This document shows, piece after piece, positions 1 through 14,800 of a DNA stretch of 64,000 bases. The stretch is from Saccostrea echinata. Taxonomy: Eukaryota. Location: contig NW_026889768.1 of the NCBI RefSeq assembly GCF_033153115.1, forward strand, positions 1,984,001 to 2,048,000, given 5' to 3'. Numbering within the stretch: position 1 is the stretch's first letter; the number at the start of each line of letters is the position of its first letter. The notes under the pieces were generated by a model. That model saw only the letters and a list, made by a program, of their open reading frames with translations, did not search any database and had not been told where the DNA came from. The position numbers and the translations under genes are program-made.

Positions 1-138
1 CCCCCCCCCCCCCCAAAAAAAAAGATGCTTCAGTTGACATGGATTGACGGTCTTAGGACATACTGTAACATCTAGATAGATGGAAAAGCCCATACCATGA
101 TATGGCAAGTCAAAAGACAGGTGTATTATATAAACCAG

Positions 139-899
139 AAGTCTCTGATGAGACTGTAGCTCTACTGGTCTATACATATAACAAAGGAAAAGTAGCACTT
201 GGATTTGAAACTTCGCAACATGCAGCAATAAATAGAATAATGTATCTTAGTGTAGTCTACTTGTGTGCCAATATATATTGAAATCAGACCAAAACTGTAG
301 GAGGAGTAGCATTTTAAAAGAATTTCACAGAAATTTCTATTTTTAGTAACCATGGCAACACCGTTCATCGAAATCAAAAACTGATGCACTAAATTATGTA
401 TCTTAGTGTAGTCTACCTGTGTGCCAAGTTATATTGAAATCAGACCAAAACTGTACGAGGAGTAGCGTTTTAAAGGAATTTCACAGCAATTTCTATTTTT
501 AGTAACCATGGCAACATCGTTCATCGAAATCAAATACTGATGCATTAAATTATGTATCTTAGTGTAGTCTACTTGTGTGCCAAGTTATATTGAAAGCAGA
601 CCAAAACTGTAGGAGGAGTAGCATTTTAAAGGAATTTCACATAAATTTCTATTTTTAGTAACCATGGCAACAAAGTTCATCGAAATCAAAATCCGATGCT
701 TTAAATTATGTATCTTAGTGTAGTCTACTTGTGTGCCAAGTTATATTGAAATCAGACCAAAACTGTAGGAGGAGTACTGTTTTGAAAAATTGTTTACAGA
801 CAGACGGACAGACAGACAGCTAGACAGACAGATGGACGGACAACGGACACCTTACTATCGCATAAGCTCTTCTGGTCTCTGACCAGTAGAGCTAAAAAA
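139..899. mobile_element. Non-autonomous Helentron/HINE-like element with an internal 156-bp tandem repeat
   Basis: Subterminal inverted repeat TAGCTCTACTGGTC / GACCAGTAGAGCTA; units start at 241, 397, 553, 709; (GACA/GGAC)n microsatellite; terminal hairpin. Confidence 0.75.
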
Positions 900-1049
900 G
901 GTAAGGTAGAGAGGATCCATTACAACCACATCTAGTAACTATGCATTTTAATTTGACAGTCAATTGCAATTAAGAGGGAGACCAGATCTTCCTTAATCCT
1001 TCTGCCCAATTTCCAGGAGCTCTAGATAGCCTCTGCTTGGCCAGAGATG

Positions 1050-1270
1050 CTCTGTTACCTTTAAAATGAAGAAAAGTCATCCAATAACAGGTGCACATCT
1101 TTATATAGTGAATAATAAGTGTAAAAATTTTCAGACAAAATCCAAGAAATAGTCTCCAAAAACAGGTCTGCACAAAATCACATCTACAGACAAATGGACA
1201 GACAGACGGACATGCCGATTCCAATATACCCCCCCCCCCCCAAAAAAAAACTTCATTTGCGGGAAGTATA
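1050..1270. mobile_element. Terminal fragment of a HINE-like element
   Basis: (GACA/GGAC)n, then CCAATATACCCCC..., then TTGCGGGAAGTATA end motif. Confidence 0.45.
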
Positions 1271-1366
1271 ACTATATACCATATCAAACTGATTCATCTT
1301 GATACATACACTTTACCACTGATGCTAATTACCTCATATATTCAAGAAAAGTTCAATTGCTGATAA

Positions 1367-1372
1367 TTTATT
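1367..1372 (-). terminator. Candidate polyadenylation signal of ATAD2 (3' UTR about 1.55 kb)
   Basis: AATAAA on the minus strand at the end of a repeat-free AT-rich stretch downstream of the stop. Confidence 0.4.
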
Positions 1373-2913
1373 GGTGTAAATACAATAAATAAGAGTTCTG
1401 AGCGATGTTCCTGAGACTTGGACCACAACTTCGTGGCTGTGTGCGGAACCAGCATGTTTTTTTCCTTGACATTAAGTCCCTGATGTTAAGTCCTGAATTT
1501 CTGTAATATTGTCTATGTATTTGTTAATGGAACATTCAGGCGTATAAATGATGGTCAAATATAACTGAAGGATATTTATGACCCACATTTACGACTTCTT
1601 ATACACTGGCAACAAAAATATGTTAATTTTTGGGATTACTATGGAGATCTTTCATGCATAATTATTACACATTTTAACAATAAATAGTATAGTACAATAC
1701 ATGTAAGACATCAATGCAAGACCATGCAAATAATTTGTGCAATAAAACCTTCTAAGAAGTACCATAGGAAAAAATTAACATGAACCCAATAAACAAATAC
1801 AACAATACATAAAAAAATTTATACCAAGATTTAACCTAATACCCCAAAAATACATAAATTAATAAAAATTTATAGGTTTTGATGCTGTATAACATGCTAC
1901 TGAAGATGAAGTTTTGTTTATCTGCAGTCTAAATTACATATTTCTGTTAAATGTCTTGCTATTTCATATTTACTTCAATTTCCTATGTGGATCCACATAC
2001 GTAATTCAATTTATCATGTAAATAGCATTTTATAGACGTTAACAGACTTGGTATTCTCGTCCTGATCCATGTAGTACTTAAAAAAAATTAAGTACTTAAA
2101 AGTACATGGTAAAGTAAAATGTTACAAACATTTATCATATCATTTACATGTATTTGGATGAAAATTTACACACATTCATGTAAATCAAGAAATGTAAAAT
2201 ATAAACCCAAGAAAAGTGTATAACTCATCACAGTAAAATTAAGTGGAAATGACAATCAACTGAACAGCAAATCTCACATCTAAACAATTGTATATACATG
2301 TAGATGTCAACAAGTTAATTCAGTAATAAATACTGCACAAATAATATCCATACAAAAATATAATAAACATATTCAATTGATGCTTTAAATTATTTTCACA
2401 GAAAGTACATTAGTTAAATTAAAAGTTAAGCTGGCAAAACTAGGACATGTAAAGGACAATATTAATAATCAAAAGAAGGACAAGCTGTTTCATCTAAATT
2501 GTTCATAGAAACTTGAATGCTGAAACATGTATCAGTCAACTTATCAGAATAGCACTGGGATATATTCCTTCTGGGTTTTTTCTTCTGACATACTGATGCA
2601 GCTTTTTTCTAATGTCAGGGCTTTTCTTTCCAATATTTACAAATAAAATGTATTCAACAGTCTTGTATGCATAATGACTGTAGTGGATTTACGAAGATTG
2701 TTCTGTACAAACAACTTTAAAAAAGTATCCTTTATACTGTATATCAAATGATTATTTCTTACACGATCTGACAAACTGAATACTAAACATCATTGAACAA
2801 TACATTTGACATAAATCTGACCAGAAATTACAAGTTAACAAGCATTCATACATGGAATGGGGATTGAAATTATCTGCCCCTACTACACGTTTTTATTTTC
2901 AGATCTGCTCGTA

Positions 2914-5737
2914 TCAGGATGATGTGACACTGGTTTCTGTTATATTTTGTAATTCCTGAAAATAAACAAAGAACAACGTTTATCATACTTAACTGGTACC
3001 NNNNNNNNNNNNNNNNNNNNNNNNNNNNNNNNNNNNNNNNNNNNNNNNNNNNNNNNNNNNNNNNNNNNNNNNNNNNNNNNNNNNNNNNNNNNNNNNNNNN
3101 NNNNNNNNNNNNNNNNNNNNNNNNNNNNNNTGTGATAACTCTTTGAAAGTTAGTTTAGTTGATTTCTTGATCATTCTACCGGAATGTAAATTTCGCCAAG
3201 CGATAGGCAAGGAGCTAAGGAAGCTTAATATGCATGTAAATCTTGTGCGTCCGTCTTAGCATCTGTAAAGATGTAAATCTCGTGTGGCCGTCTTTGTGTT
3301 TGACGTCAGTGGGAGGGTACTATTGAAATTGACATGGGAGGCCTTGTGTTATTTAAATCTATTAGTCTACATTTTTAAAATCTAAATTTACAATTTTATT
3401 TCATAATGGAATAGAAATATAAGGAATCGCTAGTATGCCAGGGACATCAACAATAGTTGGAAATGTGGGATAATTTATGCATAACGGGCGTAGCCAGTAT
3501 ATGGAATCTCATTCATGTCACCCATCGCATACTAAATGTAATATTCCATACAACATAGCAAGACGCATATGCACAATAGTAACTGATACATCTTTAAGGT
3601 CGAAAAGGTTGGAAGAATTTAAATCATATCTCAAAAAACAACATTATCTGGAGAATCTTATAAATGCCGGAACTGAAAAGGCAAAAAGCATTCCTACTTC
3701 TTTACTAAGGAACAATTGCCGCAAGGATAATAGTGAAAAAAGCAACATCCCTTTTGTTGTAACGCACAATCCATGCAACCACAATATTTTGAAAACAGCC
3801 AGGAGATTTTTTCCCATTTTAGAACAGTCTCAAAATTTAAAAGATGTTATCAAGGAGTCACAAATAATTAACAGCAGGAGACAGGCACCCAATCTAAAGA
3901 AAATCCTAACCAGAGCAAGATTTGCATCGGACAATGCCAAAGTCGTCAAAAAGTGCCGTGACCCACGCTGTGGAACATGTGAATATCTGGAGGAGGGCAG
4001 TGAAAAAACTCTGAAATGTTGTAAAAAATAACACCAAATGCCAACATGACCAGTAGGTCAGAAAATGTTATTTATTGCATAACCTGTCCAACCTGTGATG
4101 AATACTACACAGGACAAACAAGCAAACTGAACGCACGTGTGCGAGTCCATAAACAACAAATTCAGGACCCTGACATAAGAAATACGCTGTGCAGTGAGCA
4201 CTTTGCTATTCGATCGTCGGTCCATTCAACTGATAGTCGAATAGTCGACTATTCGTTGACATCCCTAATATATATATTATACAATTAATTACCCATTATG
4301 AGGTCAACATGGTGAAATAAGGACCTGAGACCTGGCCCACGAGGTGACCTGACCTGACCGAGGCCGCGTAGCAGCTGAGGTCAGGTCAGGTCAGCGAGTG
4401 GGCCAGGTCAAGGGTCCTTATTTCACCATGTTGAACTCATAATGGGTAATCAATTGTTTTATTATACCGATATAAGTTAAGACAATTAATTTTGTAGGCT
4501 TAATTACTAAAATAATCAATTTTGCATATGACCTACGAACTGTTATTATCAGTGTTCCATCGGGATCGGGATTCGTTATTGACGTTGTTTACTTTTCGCC
4601 TGCAAGTCTTGTAAGTTTTTGCACCGCCGATTTATTAAAACACTCTGTGATTGTCAGTAACATGCATTTTTATAAATTCACAAATACCATTCCCGAGTAC
4701 AATGACAATCTGGTGCAGACTTTTACTGTACAAAAGAGCCGAGTCTGCATTCGTTGAATTGACATTGTAATGAAAGTTTCAATGAAAACGATAAATTTTA
4801 TGACGCATCTTAAGGCCAATCGTATTCCGTATCATAAAAAGACTGTACAAATTTTTATAACAGCATTTTTTGTAATGAACAATCATTAATGTATGCATAA
4901 ATTTTTAATTTGAATGTAATTTAGATTAACAGGTCATTTTTAGCGGTCATTATTTATAATGACCGGGTCATTATACCCCACGTGCAAAGATTCCTAAGTC
5001 ATTATTGCTGTAAACAGTACTTTTTGGAGTCTAACAAGCCAATCAAATTTGAGTATTCTAAATAGAGGTATAATAAATATATATAAAGCACTAAAAATGA
5101 CCAACGACACAAACAATAATAACTGTCAAATTTTTGGGACGACCTGTCCCTTCCTCAGAACAAAGAAAAAAGTTAAGAAGTCATAAAAACAAAGGAAATA
5201 GAGAAACAAAAACAACTAGCACTACTATTAAACTACCAAACACTAAATATTTACAGTGTTACATGTTTAATTTGAAGTTTATAAACAGTTGTGAACAAAG
5301 AAATCCGGAGCGCTATGAATTGCGTCCGGTCTATCGGGTGTACTCTCGTGAAGTGCGATTTACATAATTGAACGAATTAATTATCTAATTAATTACGACC
5401 AAGCAGTAAATCATACATTGTCTTATTCTCTCAAAATAGCGTAACTATACATGATAAAAAGAAATTAAAGAAAGATAATATGGAAGGGCAATTTTAAAAT
5501 ATGAATTTGGATATATTATAAATTTGGTAATCTGATAAAAGAAATAAACAAAAATGTAAGCTGTAAATATTTGGGTAGGTTGTTCCAGAGTTGCTAATGC
5601 CAATTAACAGTAAAGTTTACACATTCATCATGGTGAAGTCATTAAGTTTGTTAATACCATTAGGGCGGAATGACTTCAGCCTGTGCATCCAGAACTTTTC
5701 CGACACTTAGGATATACAGTGTTGTTGGTTTTTAGTG

Positions 5738-5824
<87 letters not shown>

Positions 5825-8800
5825 TGGCAAACCAAAATTGAAGACAAACTATTACAGAGGATTTTGTTCATGATTACATAATGCAGGTGGAATTGAAATG
5901 ACGGGTAATATTTATTTCAATATAGTCTTTGTGTACCAAGTTTTATTCAATTCTAGCCAACTGTAAAAGTAACTTTACAGTTTATCAAGTATAAATTTTA
6001 GAAACCATGGCAACATAAATCATAATAATTAAAAACAAAGTTACACTTTTATGAAATCTTTGTGCATCAAGTTTCACTGAAATTTGACAAATACTTTAAG
6101 ATAGGTAGAATTTTGAAAAAAATAACAGCCAACATACTCTACCAATGCTCGAGCTCTTGGTGTTCTGACTTTACTTATTCTGCATAAATTTGCATAAACT
6201 TTCCAAATTAAGTCTACCAGTTAGTTTTATTCACTTAAAAAAAATCTGACAAACCATAATAGCACTTCAATATCATTAGATTAGTTAGTTGAATACTCAC
6301 AACTAAATATTTAGATAGCCAGTTCACTAAAAATCTTACCTGCACTAAAGCAACTTTATCATGATTGTCTCTGTGTCGTACAATACACTGAGTGAACACA
6401 CTGTAAAGTTTCTGTAGTCTCTCCACATTAAATCCTTCTGTACTAGCCACCACCCTCTCCAACAGCTGTTCCAGAGCCTCTCTATTTATCACCACCTTGG
6501 TCAACTTGTCTGGTTCCGTTTCAGGTATCAATACAGGGGGCTCTGCAAAACAGAAAATTGTATTAATGAAATATAAATCTGCCAGTGGTAGTGAACATCA
6601 TGTGTAATTTTACTCACAAAATTTAAGAACATTTTTACACTAGAAGTGTCCATGGATGCAAGTCACACAGAAGCCACACACTTTGACCCATGATCTCAAA
6701 TCCACTGAGCCCACCCAAGGCTAAATTATAAAATTGTAATTCAACCCACTCCTCTCAAGTTATTGCAAAGAAACCAAAGCTGTATAGAAGTCTAACTAGC
6801 TAGTAGACAAGGGTAACCCTATATGCTTCCCATTTCAAGGGGAGGGGGGGGGGGGGGGCTAAAATATTACCACCTTTTAATTTTCATGACCAAGCAGATG
6901 CAAGTTTACTGTACATGTCATAACTACCATAATGTAATAAGTATTTTTTAAAAAGCTCTTTCTGCATTAAAATTGATGTCAGGAACACATACTCATACTT
7001 AAAACTTATACCTTTCTCTGGAGGAGTTTCTATATTATCCAAAGAGATCAATTTCTGTTTTGCCAGCTGTTTTGCCTGTTCCACACTGTCTACAGAATCA
7101 CCATTACTATCTACAGCACTGCTGATTCCACTGTCTACCTCTATGGCTGAAGGTTTGAGAGTATCTGTGTTTGGGGGCAGGTCCTCCTTGGCCTTTTCAA
7201 TGTCCTCCTTTTTGTCTGAGACAGTAGTCAGTATTCTGGGAGATAAAGCCTTCACTTGTCTGCTCGACGGTGACATGTGAGCATGGACCGAGGGTGATTT
7301 GGAACTTTTGGGGGTTTTGCTATTCTCAAGTTCTGTGACATCCACTTGCAGGGTTTCTAAATGTGGAAGTGGACTTTTTTGTGTACTGTTCTTCATCACA
7401 AATTTTTTGTTCAGTTGTGCTTTGACAGAGGGAAGGGAATATCTACCAAACCTTTTGAACCTTCTTCTCTTTGTGTAACTCCAAACCTCTTTCCTCTTTG
7501 GTTTTTTGGGAGACACAGTGAATGCTCTCTGAGTGAACAGAGCTGTTTTTGTTTTCTTTTTTGGAGAAGTTGTGTTTCTGATTTCCATGGACTCCTCTTT
7601 TGAGGAGCCCTCCCCCATCCCTTGTTCTCCCTCTTGCTCTTGATTTTTGACTGGAGACCGTTTCCTCTTTTCCTCGGACCACTTCTTTTCTACCTGATCT
7701 AGATCCTGATGATTCTCAATGTCTAGACCTCTAACACGACGACTGAACCTCTCTTGATTTGTCATCATAGATTTGGTCATATAAAAGGCAGGAACATCAC
7801 CGGTTTCAGCATCTCCTTTAATCAACCAAATAAACATAAACTTGCTTTATAATAATTATAGCATTTTTTGTTAAAAATACATAATTGAAATATTTTGATA
7901 TGTCTGCATTTTATAAAGTTTTAATTTGTGTGGACTCATGCATTACCTCTTCTTTTCCTTGATTCAACAATGTCTTCACACTGTTTTTCAAACTCAGGAT
8001 CCAGTTCTGTATCAATAATGGCATGGAATGTGTCTCTCAGAGCACAGGCCCTATGACGAATGGCTCGACCTGTAGTAGATCAAAACTTTGCAGTTTTAGA
8101 ATATTACCTCTCCATCCAAAGGCCTCTTTAAAAACTACCAGTATACTAGTTGATGGGGTATTATAGTAGTGTACTTAGTTTTCTTTCTATTTTAAGCAGC
8201 ATAATTTTCATTTACGTAAAAGTGTGATTTTAAAAGCCTTTGAATCATATGTCTGTTAATGTATAGAATCTTACTAGCTGTGTCCCTGTTTGGGTTGTAT
8301 TCCAGTGCATTACTACAAATCAAGTCAACATCCTCCAGGAACTCCTTGCCAGTCTGATACTGGTGCATATCAATCTTGGACATCATGGTGGACAGATCCA
8401 TTGGTTTAGAGATTACATCATAGTAGTCAGGCACCTAAATACATAAACATAGGTAATCAAAGATTACGAAGCTCACCTCGACGAATGTTATCTACATGTA
8501 AGGCAAATTTCACATCATATTTTTTTCTAGTTAGGGTACATCCCAAGATCAATATCCATGCAAGTTTGATTTAATTATAGATCTGCTCAAAAAACTTTTG
8601 ACCTGTTTAGTAATCAAGAAAATTTTGGTCAGTTCCAACATCCAAAGCAAGTCTGGAAGTTTTCATCCTTAGATGCACCATCTATGCAAGTTTAATCATA
8701 ACAGGCCATAATATTATATAGCTACTCCAAAAAATTACCCTGGTCACTCATCTGGAAAATGTACGTCAGATTCAGAATCCAAGGCAAGTCTGGAAGTATC

Positions 8801-11800
8801 CATCCCTAGATACATCATCCATGCTAATTTGGTTAAAATATGGCTAAAATTCACTCATGTGGAAAATCTAGGTCAGATCCAGCATTCGAAGCAGTTGGTT
8901 AGTGTACATCCCTAGATGCATCATCCATGCAAGTTTGGTCCAGGTAGGGCTTATAGTTACTTGGGAACGAGACTACTCCTAAATCTAAACCTGGTCTCAC
9001 ATGTGGAAAATCTAGGTCAGATCCAGCTTCCGAAGCAAGTGTGGTAGTGTCCATCCCTGGATGCATCATCCATGCAAGTTTGGTCCAGGTAGGGCTTACA
9101 GTTACTTGGGAATGGACCTGCTCCTAAAACTTTAACCTGGTACACATCTGGAAAATCTACATCAGATCCAGCATCCGAACTAAGTGTGGCCATGTTCATC
9201 CCTAGATGCATCATCCATGCAAGTTTGGTCCAGGTAGGGCTTATAGTTACTTGGGAATGGACCTGCTCCTAAAACTTTAACCTGGTCACTCATCCGGAAA
9301 ATCTAGGTCAGATCCAGCATCCGAAGCAAGTGTGGTAGTGTCCATCCCTAGATGCATCATCCATGCAAGTTTGGTCCAGGTAGGGCTTATAGTTACTTGG
9401 GAATGGACCTGCTCCTAAAACTTTAACCTGGTCACTCATCCGGAAAATCTACATCAGATCCAGCATCCGAAGCAAGTGTGGTAGTGTCCATCCCTAGATG
9501 CATCATCCATGCAAGTTTGGTCCAGGTAGGGCTTATAGTTACTTGGGAATGGACCTGCTCCTAAAACTTTAACCTGGTCACTCATCTGGAAAATCTAGGT
9601 CAGATCCAGCATCCGAAGCAAGTGTGGTAGTGTCCATCCCTAGATGCATCATCCATGCAAGTTTGGTCAAGGTAGGGCTGATAGTTACTTGGGAATGGAC
9701 CTGCTCCTAAAACTTTAACCTGGTCACTCATCCGGTAAATCTAGGTCAAATCCAGCATCCGAAGCAAGTGTGGTAGTGTCCATCCCTAGATGCATCATCC
9801 ATGCAAGTTTGGTCCAGGTAGGGCTTGTAGTTACTTGGGAATGGACCTGCTCCTAAAACTTTAACCTGGTCACTCATCCGGAAAATTTACATCAGATCCA
9901 GCATCCGAAACAAGTGTAGTAGTGTCCATCCCTAGATGCATCATCCATGCAAGTTTGGTCCAGGTAGGGCTTATAGTTACTTGGGAATGGACCTGCTCCT
10001 AAAACTTTAACCTGGTCACTCATCTGGAAAATCTAGGTCAGATCCAGCATCCGAAGCAAGTGTGGTAGTGTCCATCCCTAGATGCATCATCCATGCAAGT
10101 TTGGTCCAGGTAGGGCTTATAGTTACTTGGGAATGGGACTTGCTCCTAAAACTTTAACCTGGGACGCCGACGCTAACGCCGACGCCGGGGGTATAGCATA
10201 AGCTCATCTCGACTTCGTCGAGGTGAGCTAAAAAGTAAGAGCTTCTTTCAATTGTCCCTTGGTAAGGTTTATGTATTATGATATTAAGCAGATAATACTA
10301 TATTATTAAATATACTGTGAAATCACTAATTTTTGTGGAAGTATGATTTTCATTGTTTTCATGATATGAAGAGACTCATAAATACATGTACATGATAAAT
10401 TTCAAATATATAACAACTCAGCACTTCTGTACAAATGAAATCAAATCCCCATGAATTAATCAGTTTTCCTTGAACCTCGAAAATTTGACCCCACAAAGAT
10501 AATATTACAGAAGATAAGCCTCATTTTGATTCAAAATTTATGTTTTAATAGTATAATGTCTGCAAATAAATACAATAAGAATAAGCTAATTCTTAGACTG
10601 CATGTAAATACCTACCTCTTCTATATCCACAGGTCGAGCAAAGATGTAGAATTTTCTGTCTTTGACTACTTTGTTGATAACCTCTCTAAGGAATATACGT
10701 AACTCTCTAAGTGTACTCTCTTCCTTGTCCCTCAGAGCCTTCAGCTCTTTGTCCGTCAGTTTTCTGGGAGGAGGGAGAGGTGCTTTGGGTAGAACTTCTA
10801 AATCCCTTACTACAATATTAATCAGCAATCAAATAAAACAATGGTTGGTGTGTGGAATTGAATCAAAACTTTGTAATTTAACAGAAGAGCGAGGCAAGTA
10901 TTACAGTACCAATATTTATCATTGAAAATTGATCACTTTTGAGTTTGAAGTAGAATCACTAAATTTTTTTATTGCTTAAAGATCAATGTTATCTTTCACT
11001 GCAGTGCTATCATCTTTCTTTTAAATGCACTGAATACTACAAATATGTCAGATTGAAATTTTATGATCCTTTTTTTTCCTGAAAAATCGAATTTGACAAA
11101 TAGAATTTTTTTGAAAAAATGTGGCCAGCTCATAAGAATGTCAATACAGACTTGTAATAATTACAAACAAATATCAAACCATTAACATTAATAACATCCA
11201 ACATCTCACCCTTCTTTTTCTTTTTTACACCTAGACAAAAAACTTCCAGGTACAGCTTCTGTTTTTAGTCCTACTTTTTTATTATTGAATCTCAATTTGT
11301 TCAACATCATTAAAACAATTAACAGACCATTTATAATATAAATGTATTATGTTTGATTCTTCATGTGTTTTTCTAATAACTTTGAATCAGCAAAATCATT
11401 ATTTAAAATGTATTAAGATATACTCAAAATTGCATTACTTAAATTTGCCTTCAATTATTCTGATTAAATACATGTAGTTCTTTTCTAAGTAAATGACACA
11501 TATAGTTACTGGACCTTTATTTTTCTTGGCAGTCTTTATCTTTGTGGTTTGATTGAGCAGCAGATCTTGGAAGAATTCTCTCCTCTCTTCTGCAGTTGGA
11601 TTACTGACATTAATCACTTCACTGCTGTGCTGTCCAAATATACCCTTAACCTACAAAATAGACCAGGGTTTCTCAATTTTGTGCTCTGCATACAGTAAAA
11701 AGACAAGATGAGTGGAATACAAAGAATACCACCTTCAAAATCTGCCATTTTAAGACTAGCATAAATTCTCATGTAAGTTAATATTAATGATAAGTCAACA

Positions 11801-14800
11801 AAGACTCTACATACCCAGGGATCAAGCTGTTTGAGAGGTTCTTCACTTGTGGCCAGGAGTAGGATAGCAGATGAAGGGTCCAGATTTTGGATGGTGGTAA
11901 GCAATGTTGTTTTCATGGACTCAGACAAGACATCCCACCACTGATTGATACGAGGCATATAAACAATACATGGGGAGGTTCTCATCGCCTCACGGAATAC
12001 CTATAAAAAACAAATCACCAGAATCTGTTATTGGGGTGAAACAGAAAATAAGTCATCAATTCACACATTAACTTCCATACCAAACCCTGATATGTAATGA
12101 ATACCCATGTGACAGTATACTGTCATCTTCAAAACTGAAGAAAAACATTGGACCTCAGGTCTTGACCAACATCTTATGGGGTAAGACAGCCAAAAATCTC
12201 TGATGAGACTATAGCTCTACCCATTTTTATTAAAATTGGGGAAAAGTTGCATCTTACTTACACCATTCACTTCAGTTTATCATTTAGTAAATTATAGTAT
12301 ATTATAATTAGTAGTATAATACTAGTAAACTAGATATATATATCATGTTCTCTAAACTTGTACCAAATTGTTTTGAAATCAAACCAAAACTGTAAGAAGT
12401 AGTAGTATTTTGAATTTTTGAGATAATTCTACATGTATTTAGGTAACCATTGCAACACTTCTAACCCGAATCTAAAGCCACTTGTTGAAATACCAAGTTT
12501 TAATGAAATTAGACCAAAACTGTTGGAAAAGCGGTGTTTTCTGTGAATTTCACATATTACTGATTTTAAGGAATCAGGCAAAACTATTTACTGAAATCAA
12601 AAAATCGATAAGCAGAAGTGTGTACTTTGAATTAGTATATTTGTTCCACATTTTATTGAAACTAGACCAAAACTCTTGGAGGAATAGCATTTTGGATGGA
12701 TTTCACACATTATAATCTACAGTCAAACTTGTCATGGTGGTCACCTTTATCCAGCGGTCACCTGTCCTATGCAGTCATTTTATTTCCTCCCGATGAATTT
12801 TCCTATATAATGTAACTCTATTAAGCGGTCACCTGCGTAACGCGGTCAGCAGTCATCAAACTTTATTTAAAATCGCCGTTTTACCTTGTATATAGCGGCC
12901 ATTTTGTCCAATCACTTGATCAGATCTAGAGTCAGTTGACCCCCAATTTTTGTCACTAATGTAAATATTAGTCTAGTATGGCGAGATCATGGAAAAATAA
13001 TTAGCCTAATTAAAACCGTTTAAAATATTGGATAATATATTTTTGTTTAAAGAAAACTCAAACAAGGGTGTTAATGACCAAAATGGTTATCAGGAAAACG
13101 AACTTATGAAAATCTTACATTATGGAATTGGAATCTGGTTTAAAAAATTCTGAGTGATATTAAAAAAAAACAATGCATCCTAATTTATCTATTAATGGGT
13201 AAAATATTTAGGTGTTTCCTAATTATTAGTTCACATTTGGCATGCCCAACTCCGATAGGTGTTATTGTGTAAACTCATGGCAGGCATTTTTTAACACCTA
13301 GGAAACGTATTATTTGTAGAAACCCTAAAACTGTTTTGTATACACAATGTGTCCTGATTATCTCATGATTTTCAACTAGGTAAGACGACCGTTAGGATTA
13401 GTCACGCTTTGTGAATTTGATATTAATTTGTATTGTGCACTGCTTTGATCAACTGAGAGTATATGACTTGTCTGTTTATTACGCAATGATTTATGTATTT
13501 TTAAACATACAATTGTTAATTTTACGTAACTAAACATGTTTTTTTAAAGATGCCGTTTAGATAAAAATACATTATGTTTAATTCATGGCATTGCATGATA
13601 ATTTCTTATAATAAAAGAAAGTTTTGTTATTGTTTGGATGGAGGATAATGCAATGCCCTATTAAACTCATATATTTTTTTTGTCATCAAATTTAGCTTGA
13701 ACTTAATCTGGAGACTATTAAAATTTATTTTTAAAAAAAACTTAGTGAGACCATTGATGTCCAATACACATCCTTCTTTAATATTCTATGATGTAGTATT
13801 GTAAAACACCGAACTAACATAAATTGGAAAAGAATTTTCTTGAAAAAGATGAACCTCTCTTCAAAGATCACCTCTCTATAAAGGTCACTTTAATGATTCC
13901 CAAAGGTGACTGCTTAATACAGGTTTGACTGTATTCTGAGCAAACAACAAAACCATTCATCAAAATTCAAAAAGCAATATAGGCATTATGTAGTCTTAAT
14001 GTAATACATTTACACTATCAATTGCCCACATCTGAACTCTATAAACTTACATGAGCACAAGCTTCCTCGGGGGTCCTGGAGGAGATACAGAACATAGTGG
14101 CCAGATCCAGCAGGTGAACTGACAGGTGTTCCATATGATGTAGCAGAGAAGGACCCAGGTGAGTGGTCTGTCCCCTACCAGCCGGTCCCTCCAGAATCAA
14201 ACGGGGTCTGTACAAGCACGGCTTCCTGCTAGAATAACTGTTAAAAAAGTTAAAAGAGAGGATAACAAACACACCTCAAAGCATATACATTAGTTCAATA
14301 CCTAAAATGTACTTTTAAGTGCTTTAATTTTTTCCATTTTCTCTCATCAATTAAAGGTTCAAAAGCATTTCAAAGATTCAAAGACAACAGCATTTAGATC
14401 AAGAGCTGATCAGTCATATACAGTATGTGCAGAAATTTCAGTGCACTTGTGGATACCTGATAAGATTATCCATGAATTCTTCATCTGTGACTCTACTTCT
14501 TCTCTTTCCCTCATAAATTGTCAGCATCTCCTGATTCTCCTCATCACTCCAATCATCATACAGTCCCTGAGACTGGGCTACACAGAAAAAAAAAACACAC
14601 TTCAGCCCAGTATCTTATCCAGAAAAAAATGTGTAATTTGACCCAGATTATTATCTCCCAGTTAAGCCACAATATTTCTATTTCATATCTTACTTTTAGA
14701 GTCCTGAGATATCTGAGCAATACTGACAGGGAAGGCTTTGTGTAAGGCCTCTAAGGCAGTTGAGAGAATGTTTTGTAACAGTGGCCTGATATGACAACTG

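Noticed and set aside
2989-3210. 73-aa ORF
   Set aside because: Artefact of translation through the N gap
3477-4288. Functional nested endonuclease gene
   Set aside because: Frameshifted, lacks the RT core and is truncated at the 3' end
8900-10160. Coding repeat or CRISPR array (ORF 9017-9214)
   Set aside because: Head-to-tail 146-bp satellite, not a multiple of three, inside an intronic element
11510-11514. Alternative ATAD2 donor CCA|GTAACT
   Set aside because: Phase 0 is incompatible with both downstream acceptors; the donor after 11515 keeps the frame
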